A DNA stretch of 64,000 bases, taken from an uncultured Pseudomonadales bacterium. GTDB taxonomy: Bacteria; Patescibacteriota; Microgenomatia; UBA1400; RBG-16-45-19. Under the pieces are notes generated by a model. It did not search any database. It worked only from the letters and a program-made list of their open reading frames with translations, and was not told the origin of the DNA. Each line of letters begins with the position of its first letter. Within the stretch, counting starts at the first letter, position 1. A program made the position numbers and the translations under genes. Of the stretch, positions 30,743-40,361 are shown piece by piece. Where the stretch lies: positions 88,393 through 152,392 of the forward strand of contig CAYYKL010000001.1 of assembly GCA_964441155.1 (NCBI GenBank). The letters are read 5' to 3'.

Positions 30743-32557
30743 ATGTGCGGTATTACTGGTTTAATAGCACCTAAAAATCAGCAGAATTCTGTTCGCTTGG
30801 ATCGGATGGTGCAAAGTTTGAAGCATCGTGGGCCTGATGCTCATGCATCTTACTGGTTTTCTGAAGCCGGCCTGGGTCACACACGGCTGGCAGTGGTTGA
30901 CTTAAGCCCAACCGGATCTCAGCCAATGCTGAGTCGAAATAAACAATTGGGCATAACTTTTAATGGGGAAATCTATGGGTATCAGCACCTAAAAAAGTCA
31001 TTTTCAGATTATCCATTTATATCGACATCTGATACTGAAGTAATTCTGGCGCTCTATGAGAAGTATGCAGAAAACATGCTGACGCGTTTACCGGGTCAAT
31101 TTGCTTTTGCGCTCTGGGACGATAAGGGCAAAACCTTGTTCGCCGCACGTGATCGAATGGGAGAAAAACCTTTTTACTATGCTTTTGGCCCTCATGGAGA
31201 ATTTCTCTTTGCTTCAGAAATGAAAGCCCTGTTGGCCAGTAATCTCATTAAACCTGAAATTGATCAAGATTCACTGAGTTATTATTTACAACATTTATAT
31301 GTTCATCCTCACAAAACAATATATAAAAATATCTACACCCTCCCACCCGCTCATGAACTTATCTATAAAGCAGGTAAAGTAAAAGTGAAGCGCTATTGGC
31401 ATTTGCCCAAACTTAACCATGCTATTGGGCTTGATGAAGCTATCGCAAGATTTCAACAGCTATTGACAACTGCTGTTCAAAAGCAATTGGTTGCTGATGT
31501 TCCTGTGGGAGCTTTTTTAAGTGGTGGCATCGATTCGAGCTCAATCGTTGCTCTGGCGTCTCAGCTTCACCCCAACCTAACTACATTCTCGTTTGGATTT
31601 GAAGGCAAAAGAAGTGAACTGCCATATGCGCGGCTCGCGGCCAAACGCTATAAAACAAACCACATTGAACTTACAGAAAAAGAAAATATCGCAGAGTTAT
31701 TGTTAAAAATGCAAGAAGTCTACGATGAACCCTTTGCGGATTCATCTAATATTCCCACCTACCTTATATCGAAACTGGCCCGCGAGCATACAACCGTTGC
31801 CTTAACCGGAGACGGCGGGGATGAAATATGTGGCGGCTATGCTCATTGGTATCGGCCGTTATATTGGATGCTAAACGAGAAACCCTATTTTGGAAAATCC
31901 TTTTTACTTTCCTTAGCGACTCATTTCATGCAAAAGTTTAATCAGCCTCAGGCCAGAGAGCTCCTCTATCGTCAAGCAGGATTAACGTTACAAAACGACA
32001 CCGATTCCATAATTCAAGCTCATGATAAACAAAATCACTATTTTAGTAACTCAGAAATTAAACACTTAGGTTTAAAACCATATTCCATGAACCAGATTGC
32101 TTATTCCAATACTATGGAATCAGTTTTCGCCATGGACGTGGAAGACTACCTGCCAGGAGATGTTTTAGTGAAAACGGATCGAGCTTCCATGGCACATGGT
32201 TTAGAGCTGAGGGCACCTTTTCTAGATGTGGACTTAATTGAATTTTGCCTTTCCTTGCCCTTCACTCTTAAGCTAACACGCTCTGAAGATAAACATCTCC
32301 TAAGAAAAGCGTTGGACCAACAACTACCTAAAGAAATCATAAAACGACCCAAACAAGGTTTTGGCGCACCCATAGTTACTTGGCTGCAAAGAACTGATGT
32401 TCAAGAACTTATCGCAGAAAATCTTCACAAAAATAACAGAAAGGTTTTCTCACTTTTGCCATTTGATACGGTTCAGGAATTAAGTTCACAACCTACCTAC
32501 AAAACTTGGGTTCTACTAACCCTATCTTTATGGCTTGAAAATCGAGACTATTTGTAA
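30743..32557 (+). CDS. asnB: Asparagine synthase (glutamine-hydrolysing) family amidotransferase
   Basis: MCGI N-terminal nucleophile, HRGPD, FNGEIY, ARDRMGEKP, LSGGIDSS, DEPFADSS, TGDGGDE, DRASMAHGLELRAPFLD. Confidence 0.93.
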   Translation: MCGITGLIAPKNQQNSVRLDRMVQSLKHRGPDAHASYWFSEAGLGHTRLAVVDLSPTGSQPMLSRNKQLGITFNGEIYGYQHLKKSFSDYPFISTSDTEVILALYEKYAENMLTRLPGQFAFALWDDKGKTLFAARDRMGEKPFYYAFGPHGEFLFASEMKALLASNLIKPEIDQDSLSYYLQHLYVHPHKTIYKNIYTLPPAHELIYKAGKVKVKRYWHLPKLNHAIGLDEAIARFQQLLTTAVQKQLVADVPVGAFLSGGIDSSSIVALASQLHPNLTTFSFGFEGKRSELPYARLAAKRYKTNHIELTEKENIAELLLKMQEVYDEPFADSSNIPTYLISKLAREHTTVALTGDGGDEICGGYAHWYRPLYWMLNEKPYFGKSFLLSLATHFMQKFNQPQARELLYRQAGLTLQNDTDSIIQAHDKQNHYFSNSEIKHLGLKPYSMNQIAYSNTMESVFAMDVEDYLPGDVLVKTDRASMAHGLELRAPFLDVDLIEFCLSLPFTLKLTRSEDKHLLRKALDQQLPKEIIKRPKQGFGAPIVTWLQRTDVQELIAENLHKNNRKVFSLLPFDTVQELSSQPTYKTWVLLTLSLWLENRDYL

Positions 32558-32566
32558 GGATCTATC

Positions 32567-33568
32567 ATGAGTGTTCCTCTTGTTTCAGTGGTAATGGCTG
32601 TACATAACGGCGAAGCGTTTATTTCAGAATCAATCGACAGTATTCTTAACCAAACGTGGACAAACTTTGAATTACTCATTATTGACGACGCATCGACCGA
32701 TAAAACGACGACATTAATCAAAGATTTTAGCGATCATCGCATTAAACTTTTTAAGCTGCCTAAAAAAAATGGATTATCAAAAGCTTTGAACATAGGCTTG
32801 CAACACGCTCAAGGGAACTACATTGCTCGAATGGATGCCGACGATAGTAGCCATCCTCAGAGATTAACTGAGCAAATTGCTTTCATGGAAAAGAATAGCG
32901 ACGTTGTTCTTTGCGGGAGCTTTATCAAGAGCATAGGAAATTCGCATCAAACCACAACATACCCCGTCGACTCAGAACTTTTAAAAACCAGTCTTTTATT
33001 TGGCTCACCCTTTGCCCATCCGAGTGTCATGATTCGCGCGGATGTTCTCAAAAAAAATAAACTTGAATACAATGAAGCATTGTCCACAGCCCAAGACTAT
33101 GAGTTATGGACTCGCTTAAGCCTCTTTGGTAATTTTGCCAATATACCTAAAGTATTGTTGCACTACAGGAAACACAGCAAACAAACAAGTAAAACCAAGA
33201 GGGCGCTGCAATTACAAACTGCTTACGCGCTGTCTCTCAAAGTTCTGAGCTCAATAAATGTGTCTCCCCGACCAGACCAGGCTTCTGTTCACCAAGCATT
33301 AGTAGCTCATCGTTATGACAATGCCACTGAGCGAAACGTCGTTTTTTGGCTTAACACAATTTTTACTGCTAATGAAAAAACAACTGTGTTTAATCGCCGT
33401 GCCATAAAAAAAACATTGACCAACTTATGGCTAGAAGTAGCTCTACAACAAAGAGTCTCTTTGGTGCAGGTTTTTAAATCGCTACTGAAAGAACCTTTTA
33501 TCCTTTTTGACAAAACTCTATATTGTAGAGTTTCTATATTGTGCGGCAAAAAGGCTTTCAGAATATGA
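32567..33568 (+). CDS. GT2 glycosyltransferase
   Basis: VSVVMAVHN, DDASTD, ARMDADD, HPSVM, QDYELW. Confidence 0.93.
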   Translation: MSVPLVSVVMAVHNGEAFISESIDSILNQTWTNFELLIIDDASTDKTTTLIKDFSDHRIKLFKLPKKNGLSKALNIGLQHAQGNYIARMDADDSSHPQRLTEQIAFMEKNSDVVLCGSFIKSIGNSHQTTTYPVDSELLKTSLLFGSPFAHPSVMIRADVLKKNKLEYNEALSTAQDYELWTRLSLFGNFANIPKVLLHYRKHSKQTSKTKRALQLQTAYALSLKVLSSINVSPRPDQASVHQALVAHRYDNATERNVVFWLNTIFTANEKTTVFNRRAIKKTLTNLWLEVALQQRVSLVQVFKSLLKEPFILFDKTLYCRVSILCGKKAFRI

Positions 33569-34740
33569 ACATTGTTTTTATAGGGACTATTGATACCAGA
33601 GGCGGCGCTGCAAAGATATCCTGGAGTTTAAAGAGGGAACTAACCGAAAAAGGTCACCAAGTAAGTATGTTTGTGGGAAATAAATACTCTCAAGATCCTT
33701 GCGTCTATCAGATTCCCTGGTATCGAGGCCAATTCTTTCTAGAGCGTTTTTTTGCCAATGATCTAGCTTTCCCTAAAACTGATTATTTAGTTAATCATCC
33801 AATTATTCAGTCTGCTGACATAATACATTGCCACAATTTGCACAGTAGTTTTTTTAACTTAGGCACATTGCCAAAATTAGCTCAAATTAAACCCCTTGTT
33901 TGGACTCAACACGACTTATGGTCGATCACGGGAGGCTGTACCGATAGCCACACTTGCTCTCTTAACAAGCCATCCAGAATTGCATATCACTTTGGAGACA
34001 CGAGAGCGCATTTACTTAAAACGAAGCAGCAACTGTACCAACAAGCCTCGTTTACTGTTGTTGCTAATTCTCAATGGATGTTAAACCAGCTTAGCGGCAG
34101 CATCTTGGGAGACAAACCTCTTCACTTAGTGCGAAATGGTATTGATACGAGATTGTTTAAACCAATCGATAAAAAAAGTGTGCGCAAGAAGCTAGGCATT
34201 CCTCCAGATGCTTTTGTAGTCTTGTTTGCCGCAAAAGGTGGCTTACGCAATAAACTAAAAGGCTCAGATTATTTTGTTTCGTTGCTTCAAAATTATAAAA
34301 ATAAAGATATATACGGCATTTGTGTGGGCTCGGAAAAAACATTGACCGAAGAAAAGTCGATTCCTTGGCTAAAAATCGTGCCCTTCCTAACAGAGTCTTC
34401 TAAAATGGCTGAGCATTATTGCGCTGCCGATGTTTTTGTTTATCCAACTTTAGCTGATTCATTTGGTCTTGTCGCAGCAGAAGCGATGGCCTGTGGAACA
34501 CCTGTCCTTACTTTTAATACAGATGCTCTACCCGAACTGGTTGAGCACAAAGTTAATGGATATGTTGCGAAGTACCAAGATGCAGATGATTTGTTAAACG
34601 GTTTGAAGTGGATTCAAAAACTGACTCTATCGGCAAAAAAATCAATCGCAAAAAAATCGAGGACCAAAATAGTTGATGATTTTTCACTGGAAACCATGAC
34701 CAGCAACTATCTCCAACTTTATGAAAAACTGTTAAGTTAG
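33565..34740 (+). CDS. GT4 glycosyltransferase (WcaC-like)
   Basis: GGAAK, HCHNLH, WTQHDLW..TGGC, DSFGLVAAEAMACGTPV; ATG 33565. Confidence 0.9.
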   Translation: MNIVFIGTIDTRGGAAKISWSLKRELTEKGHQVSMFVGNKYSQDPCVYQIPWYRGQFFLERFFANDLAFPKTDYLVNHPIIQSADIIHCHNLHSSFFNLGTLPKLAQIKPLVWTQHDLWSITGGCTDSHTCSLNKPSRIAYHFGDTRAHLLKTKQQLYQQASFTVVANSQWMLNQLSGSILGDKPLHLVRNGIDTRLFKPIDKKSVRKKLGIPPDAFVVLFAAKGGLRNKLKGSDYFVSLLQNYKNKDIYGICVGSEKTLTEEKSIPWLKIVPFLTESSKMAEHYCAADVFVYPTLADSFGLVAAEAMACGTPVLTFNTDALPELVEHKVNGYVAKYQDADDLLNGLKWIQKLTLSAKKSIAKKSRTKIVDDFSLETMTSNYLQLYEKLLS

Positions 34741-35781
34741 AGACATTAAGTAACTTATTAATGTCTTTCCTAATTGCAGTGGAGTGAATTGCTGTACGTA
34801 AAGTTTGTGAGCATTACTAGCAAGTTTTTTGCTCAAGCTCGGGTTTTGTTTTAGTTGCAAAATTTTATCCGCAATATCCTGAGAATCGGCAATATTAGTC
34901 ATTAAACAAGTGACTCCATCTTCCAGTATTTCAGCAATGCCTTTTGTGTTAGCTGTTATATAAGGTATGCCTGCAGCCAGAGATTCATATGCTTTATGAG
35001 GAATGGTACGATTTAAGCGGTCATTGTTAGCAAACTGTCCCAGCATAATGTCTGCGGTTTTTAATTGAAAATTAAGTTCTTTGTGAACCATGTTTTCAGT
35101 AATCAGAGTTACTTTAGTTAACTGAAGCTGATTGTAAAGTGCTCTAATTTTTATAAGTTCGAATCCATTGCCTATGATGGTAAATCGAATATTCTCATTC
35201 TCTAATATTTTTGCAGCTTGAAGAATATATTCGACACCAGCTTCAGGAAGAAATTTCCCTCGAAAAATGACTTGCATTGGCAAGGTAACAGAATGTTTTC
35301 CTAATTGAGTAAAGGCATCGTCAGCCCCGGTATAAACTACTGCCAATTTTTTTGGGCTAATCGAATAAGTTTTTGCAACAAAATTTTTTTGTGCTTTGCT
35401 TTCCAACAAAACAAGATCTGAAAGCGAAAAAGTAAGCCAGTCAAAAAAACGCGCTCTCCATAAATGCAGAATTGATTTTTGGTGGAGAGATCTTGAAAAA
35501 ATTGCAGGATCAATGAGGGGGCACAATGCATCGAAAACAACAGGTACACCCGCAATCAATTTCGCCAATGGGACTAATAAAAAACTCCCATAACCTACAA
35601 TCATAACGTTAGTTTTTGATTTTATTTTTGAATATGCAGTAAAAAGGGAAATAACATTCAAGGGAAAGCGTGCGTGACTAACAACCAGGTTTACGATGTG
35701 GCCATTTTGCCTTAAGCCTTTGATGTAAATGCGATTTCGAGAAAAATTGGGATCAAAATTGCCAAAATAACAAATATTCAT
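34732..35781 (-). CDS. GT4 glycosyltransferase
   Basis: FRGKFLPEAGVEYI, IPHKAYESLAAGIP. Confidence 0.85.
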   Translation of the reverse strand: MNICYFGNFDPNFSRNRIYIKGLRQNGHIVNLVVSHARFPLNVISLFTAYSKIKSKTNVMIVGYGSFLLVPLAKLIAGVPVVFDALCPLIDPAIFSRSLHQKSILHLWRARFFDWLTFSLSDLVLLESKAQKNFVAKTYSISPKKLAVVYTGADDAFTQLGKHSVTLPMQVIFRGKFLPEAGVEYILQAAKILENENIRFTIIGNGFELIKIRALYNQLQLTKVTLITENMVHKELNFQLKTADIMLGQFANNDRLNRTIPHKAYESLAAGIPYITANTKGIAEILEDGVTCLMTNIADSQDIADKILQLKQNPSLSKKLASNAHKLYVQQFTPLQLGKTLISYLMSLT

Positions 35782-36314
35782 GATTTTTGCTTAGTTATAT
35801 ACTCATTCACGGTCATAATTTGTTTGGCTGGATTACCGGCGACCACAACTCCATCGGCTACGTTTTTAGTAACCACCGATCCCGCACCCACCAAGGCACC
35901 ATTTCCTATGGTTACTCCAGGTAATATAATACATCCTGCACCAATAAACACGCTATCTTTAATGACTACTTCACCCCATTTGCTTTTTGGCTCAAGTCCT
36001 TTAAGTTTTCGAAAATGATTGTAAGAAGCGTCATGTGCGATGACTTGCGTATATTCGGTAATAACACAATTACTGCCAATGGTTATTATTGGTCTTCGGA
36101 GCTTCTTGGCTTCAGGGGTTTTATATAAATCAAGACGTACATTGGTGGCAATCCAAGTATTCGAGCCAATGGTCGCGATTCCCCATCTTTGAAAGTATTT
36201 TCCAACAGCGTAATGATCAAAATAAAAAACTATGAAAGTGAGTAGCTTATCGAAAGTTCGAATTAATTCTTTGCCGGTGTCCCATGTTGTAGAAATGAAT
36301 TTTTTTGTGATCAT
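35778..36314 (-). CDS. Hexapeptide-repeat (LbH) O/N-acyltransferase
   Basis: VVIKDSVFIGAGCIILPGVTIGNGALVGAGSVVTKNV..AGNPAK. Confidence 0.9.
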   Translation of the reverse strand: MITKKFISTTWDTGKELIRTFDKLLTFIVFYFDHYAVGKYFQRWGIATIGSNTWIATNVRLDLYKTPEAKKLRRPIITIGSNCVITEYTQVIAHDASYNHFRKLKGLEPKSKWGEVVIKDSVFIGAGCIILPGVTIGNGALVGAGSVVTKNVADGVVVAGNPAKQIMTVNEYITKQKS

Positions 36315-36964
36315 TTTTGCGCCTCAAATCTGTATCCCAATGGAAATACCTCTCGTTTGGAAGGTGATAGCTTTATTATTAGCTTGTCTAACAAAACAAG
36401 TGGCAGCAAAATAAATGGGCGTATAAATAAAGGCACAACATCATAAAAAAGATTGTATGAGGAGGTTAAAGGTCCAATTCCAATAAAGGTGATATTGATT
36501 TTGCTGAATCCCGTTTCTTTAAGCATTTTTCTTAAACTCTCTTGCGTATATCGAAAGTAATCGTGTGGGTCAGGGTGAATGCGAATCATGAAGGGCACAA
36601 ATCCGTGTAATTGACCTTTTTCAAGCAAATTGGAATGCGCAAATCGCAAAGCTTGTTTGGGCTGATAGAGATGCTCAAGAAGATTAAAACACAACACATT
36701 ACGATAGATGGGAATTTTTACACTCGGTGGATTTTCTAAATCAATGACTTGATCAACATTGCTGCTGAATTGATCTAGCTTTACCAATTTTTTCACTTTC
36801 TTTATGTCAAGGTGATGGTAGTAAGAGGGATTTTCTCCCGCACCCAAATCCAACACGTTTCCAGTTAATTCAACATTTTTAAGAGAGAAATTCATCATCG
36901 CTCTTAATATACTTTTATTTTGAAGCGTTTGGCGTAATAAAAAACCGATCATAAAATGATTCAT
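36311..36964 (-). CDS. Class I SAM-dependent methyltransferase
   Basis: VLDLGAG, FNLLEHL, HPDPHDYFRYT. Confidence 0.85.
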   Translation of the reverse strand: MNHFMIGFLLRQTLQNKSILRAMMNFSLKNVELTGNVLDLGAGENPSYYHHLDIKKVKKLVKLDQFSSNVDQVIDLENPPSVKIPIYRNVLCFNLLEHLYQPKQALRFAHSNLLEKGQLHGFVPFMIRIHPDPHDYFRYTQESLRKMLKETGFSKINITFIGIGPLTSSYNLFYDVVPLFIRPFILLPLVLLDKLIIKLSPSKREVFPLGYRFEAQK

Positions 36965-37001
36965 TCTTTATATAATGATTGAGCATGAACCTGGAGCAAG
37001 A

Positions 37002-38117
37002 TCATGTGTTAAACAATTTTATATATGCATTAGAAGCACTTTCTAATGAATAGTTTTTAACTGATGCTTTATTTTCCTTCCCTATTGTCTCAAGATCTGC
37101 ACGAGTTAACAATTGTTCTATTTTTTCTGGAAATTGAGAGGGCTTGCACAAAAACTGACGCTGAAGTGAACCAAAAAGCTCGCGCACGCAGCCCACGTTT
37201 GTGCTCACAATGGGCAAGCCATAAGACATTGCCTCTAAGGTTACTCGGGGAAAGCCTTCTGAGCGCGAAGGCATAATAAATACATCTGCTGTTTTATAGA
37301 GCGCTGCAGTTTGCTCGTGAGTAAGTGCTCCATGAAAGGTTACGCGATTTTCTTGTTTGAGTTTTGCTATTTGAAATTTGAGATTTTCCAAATCTGGTCC
37401 TTCTCCAACAATATGGAAATGAGCGTTTGGAATTCTATCAAGAGTAGTTTTCATGATTTCAGGCAATTCACGACTTCCCTTTCGTGGAGAGATGTGGTGA
37501 ACAAAGAGAATGTTGGTGAGTTCGGGTTTAGGCGTTCGGGGTTCGGGGGAAGGCAGCGGTTTACTCCGTACTCCATACTCCATACTCTGCACCTGCTCCA
37601 CCCAATTCGGAACGATACGGATAGGTTTTTTGAAATTAAAAACGTTGCGATACGAAGTGGCCACGGCCTCATGTCCTGTAACCAAGACATCAGTGAGTTT
37701 CAGGGCAATCTCAAGCATTATATTATTCGGTTTTTGATCATATCGCTCACAATCCCAATAATAAATCGTTAGCTTCTCAGAACGGAAAAGCACGTTTTTT
37801 AATAGCCACGCAATCACCACCGACCAATATGAATAATGGATGTATATGTTTTGGAATCCCTCTTGAATATATTTTTTGACAATCATAAAACGCTCGATCA
37901 AATTAAAGGGCTTTAATTGGAATTTTTGCATGCGAATTACACTGATATTCGAAAAGCTTTTGACAGCTCCATCGCCTGACTCAAAGAGAATTGCCAAATC
38001 AATTTGTTTTCCAGCCACATCAAACAACCAATACCAATAGGGATAATGCGTTGCATCGCTCGTGTTAAACCGCGGAAATATAACTAGTACTTTAGTTTTT
38101 GCATTTTGCTGTTTCAT
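37002..38117 (-). CDS. GT4 glycosyltransferase with low-complexity linker insertion
   Basis: RKGS, ADVFIMPSRSEGFPRVTLEAMSYGLP; insert SMEYGVRSKPLPSPEPRTPKPEL. Confidence 0.9.
   Translation of the reverse strand: MKQQNAKTKVLVIFPRFNTSDATHYPYWYWLFDVAGKQIDLAILFESGDGAVKSFSNISVIRMQKFQLKPFNLIERFMIVKKYIQEGFQNIYIHYSYWSVVIAWLLKNVLFRSEKLTIYYWDCERYDQKPNNIMLEIALKLTDVLVTGHEAVATSYRNVFNFKKPIRIVPNWVEQVQSMEYGVRSKPLPSPEPRTPKPELTNILFVHHISPRKGSRELPEIMKTTLDRIPNAHFHIVGEGPDLENLKFQIAKLKQENRVTFHGALTHEQTAALYKTADVFIMPSRSEGFPRVTLEAMSYGLPIVSTNVGCVRELFGSLQRQFLCKPSQFPEKIEQLLTRADLETIGKENKASVKNYSLESASNAYIKLFNT
37355..37389. repeat. Degenerate 7-bp tandem repeat (ATTTGAR-like x5) inside GT4
   Basis: gtttgag ttttgct atttgaa atttgag attttcc. 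Confidence 0.55.
37516..37589. repeat. Palindromic pair of 7-bp tandem arrays inside GT4
   Basis: gtgagtt cgggttt aggcgtt cggggtt cggggga, 11-nt spacer, tactccg tactcca tactcca tactctg. Confidence 0.75.
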
Positions 38118-39252
38118 GAAGGCATTCTAGGAAATTAGTAATCAAGGTTTCTTTTTGGTAATTGTTTTTTAGTTTTGATTGGGCCGCAACCGCCATATCA
38201 AAAAGCTTCTGGGGACGCTTTAGTGCTTGAAAAAGTGCTTGATAAATGCCCTCTGATGAATTGCCTTCAAAAACCACTCCAGTTTTATCATGGACAATAA
38301 GCTCCCCTGCACACCCAACATTACTCATTACGACCGGCACACCAGCGGCCGCTGCTTCAACCACTGCCATCCCCCAGCCCTCATAAAAACTTGGAAAAAC
38401 GAACAAGTTTGACTGGTGTAAATGCTGTTTAACTTGAAGTTTGCTCGCGAATCCTGTGATGTTCACTTTTTTACTCAAACCTAGTTGTGAGATTTTTTGC
38501 CGCAATGCCTTTTCTTGCGAGCCGCCTCCAACAATAGTCAAATGCAAATCAGAATCGTGGTGGATTAGCTTCTCAAATGCTTCGAGTAATTGAACATGAT
38601 TTTTAGCCCAATCAAGCCTGCCCACCGTCACTATGTTAGTGATGCGAGATTTGTTAACAACTTGCTTGTCAAAAAAACTAGTATCGACATAGACCGGAGC
38701 TTTAAATGTTTTTGCAGTGAGTGAGGGCACCAATGCATTTAACGCTGTCAGTGAATGTTTGCTACCGTAGCGAATTGTGTCCGCTTGAGGAAGTATCCAG
38801 GTGCTTAAAATGGTTAGTAGTTGGTTTTGTAAGTTTCTTTTTTGCCACACGGGTGAAACGAGATCTGTAGCGTGAATTTGAATATTCAAAGGAATTCGTA
38901 ACTTTTTTTTAAGCATTACTCCAATAAGACCTGAGATAAATGCGTCTTGAGAGGTTATTAGGTTTATTGGATCACCCTGCTTTGATTGCGACAATGCAAC
39001 ACTAATTCGATAACCATCTAAAACCGTGTGCCAACGACTTTTAGAATTTGTGGGAATAATCTGAAGATTCTTGTTTGTAATTGCATTTAGCGGCTTACTT
39101 TGATTATTCAAAGTATTCAAAACAACAATGGTTAATGCGCCAATATGACGCGCGTACTCCGATTGCCGTTCCAAGGCATTGCCATAGGAACCATCAAGCA
39201 TGGCAGAGTCTAAACTGATCATAAGCAGGTGAAGATGAGAGTATTTTTTCAT
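38092..39252 (-). CDS. GT4 glycosyltransferase
   Basis: VGRLDWAKN, FVFPSFYEGWGMAVVEAAAAGVP. Confidence 0.92.
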   Translation of the reverse strand: MKKYSHLHLLMISLDSAMLDGSYGNALERQSEYARHIGALTIVVLNTLNNQSKPLNAITNKNLQIIPTNSKSRWHTVLDGYRISVALSQSKQGDPINLITSQDAFISGLIGVMLKKKLRIPLNIQIHATDLVSPVWQKRNLQNQLLTILSTWILPQADTIRYGSKHSLTALNALVPSLTAKTFKAPVYVDTSFFDKQVVNKSRITNIVTVGRLDWAKNHVQLLEAFEKLIHHDSDLHLTIVGGGSQEKALRQKISQLGLSKKVNITGFASKLQVKQHLHQSNLFVFPSFYEGWGMAVVEAAAAGVPVVMSNVGCAGELIVHDKTGVVFEGNSSEGIYQALFQALKRPQKLFDMAVAAQSKLKNNYQKETLITNFLECLHETAKCKN

Positions 39253-40334
39253 TGCAATTCTTTCAGCACTGATTCAAGTTTCTGAATATGATTGTGCCAG
39301 CTGAATTGCAAGGGGTCTACAAGGACGTGAGCGTTCTTTATCTCACTATTAATAGCATGAGCTAAAGCTTTGGGATTATTTGGTTGAACTAAGTCTTTAT
39401 TGCCCAATAATTCCGTGTGCGGTGGAATACTGCTGGCAATTATTGGGGTATTAAGCAGCATTGCTTCAATGAGTGTATGTGGCTGTCCTTCGTAGGATGA
39501 GTAGAGCACTAGTTGTGCAGAAGTGATCATTTCAGAAAGCGATTCTGTTTTCGAAAGCTTTCCTTTAAACTTTACCCAAGATTCCGCTTTCAATTGCTTA
39601 GCCTGTGTCTCGAGATTTGAGCGCTCAACTCCATTACCGATTATAGTTAATGTCCAGGGCTTAAAAGAGCGAGCTAACGACACTGCTTCGATTATTTGAT
39701 CGACGTGTTTCCAAGGAACCAAACGCCCAACAAAAACAATTTTATTTGCATCACGCACTGATGAAATTTTAATTTTGGCAGGAATTTCAACTGCATTCGC
39801 AACGATGGCTATTTTTTTTGAGCTAAGGCCATGAACTGAAACAAGAAAATCTCTGAGGTATTTTGAGGGAACAATAATCTTGTTTGCGCATTTTAAAACT
39901 AATCGATGCAAATACAGCTTAAGGTTTAAAATATGATTGTGTGCATAAAAAGCTTCTAGTGTTTCTTCGGTCCTTCCCGCTTCAACCAATGCCTCCCATA
40001 CTTCATCTCCCACAAATTTCACCACTAAGGGAATTTTTCTTATTTTTGAAACAATAAGGCTGGCAACTCCCACTACTACTGTCCCTTGCGCATACATGAT
40101 CTGATTTTTTTGTGTCAATTTAAATAGTTGAAGAAGTAATCGAGCTTGACGAGAGAGCATATTTCCACTTGTGGACACTCCATGTATTATTTTTTGATTG
40201 GAGATTTTCGATTCAGCAAATGTCACGACGTTGACTTCATCTTGTCGTTGCAAACGCTCAAGCAATCCGCTCACATAACTCGCTGGACCTCCAATTTGAG
40301 GTGGGAAAATTGGCGTAACGATGAGTAAGTGCAT
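39249..40334 (-). CDS. GT4 glycosyltransferase
   Basis: FPPQIGGPASY, FVGRLVPWK, SSYEGQPHTLIEAM. Confidence 0.92.
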   Translation of the reverse strand: MHLLIVTPIFPPQIGGPASYVSGLLERLQRQDEVNVVTFAESKISNQKIIHGVSTSGNMLSRQARLLLQLFKLTQKNQIMYAQGTVVVGVASLIVSKIRKIPLVVKFVGDEVWEALVEAGRTEETLEAFYAHNHILNLKLYLHRLVLKCANKIIVPSKYLRDFLVSVHGLSSKKIAIVANAVEIPAKIKISSVRDANKIVFVGRLVPWKHVDQIIEAVSLARSFKPWTLTIIGNGVERSNLETQAKQLKAESWVKFKGKLSKTESLSEMITSAQLVLYSSYEGQPHTLIEAMLLNTPIIASSIPPHTELLGNKDLVQPNNPKALAHAINSEIKNAHVLVDPLQFSWHNHIQKLESVLKELQ

Positions 40335-40361
40335 AGTTTTTAGTGGTTAGTGGCTAGAGAG
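40334..40361. repeat. 7-bp tandem repeat (TAGTGGY-like x4) across a stop/start junction
   Basis: tagtttt tagtggt tagtggc tagagag. Confidence 0.5.

Noticed and set aside
30743-32557. AsnB as asparagine biosynthesis or lasso-peptide cyclase
   Set aside because: It has an intact glutaminase domain and sits among glycosyltransferases with no precursor peptide or B protein; glycan amidation is the simpler reading
37516-37589. Possible CRISPR array or terminator
   Set aside because: Units are 7 bp with no spacers and no cas genes; no U-tract, and it lies inside a CDS
37311-37772. Nested ORFs of 153, 79 and 75 aa over the heptamer insert
   Set aside because: Alternative or antisense frames of GT4; their odd composition comes from the DNA repeat
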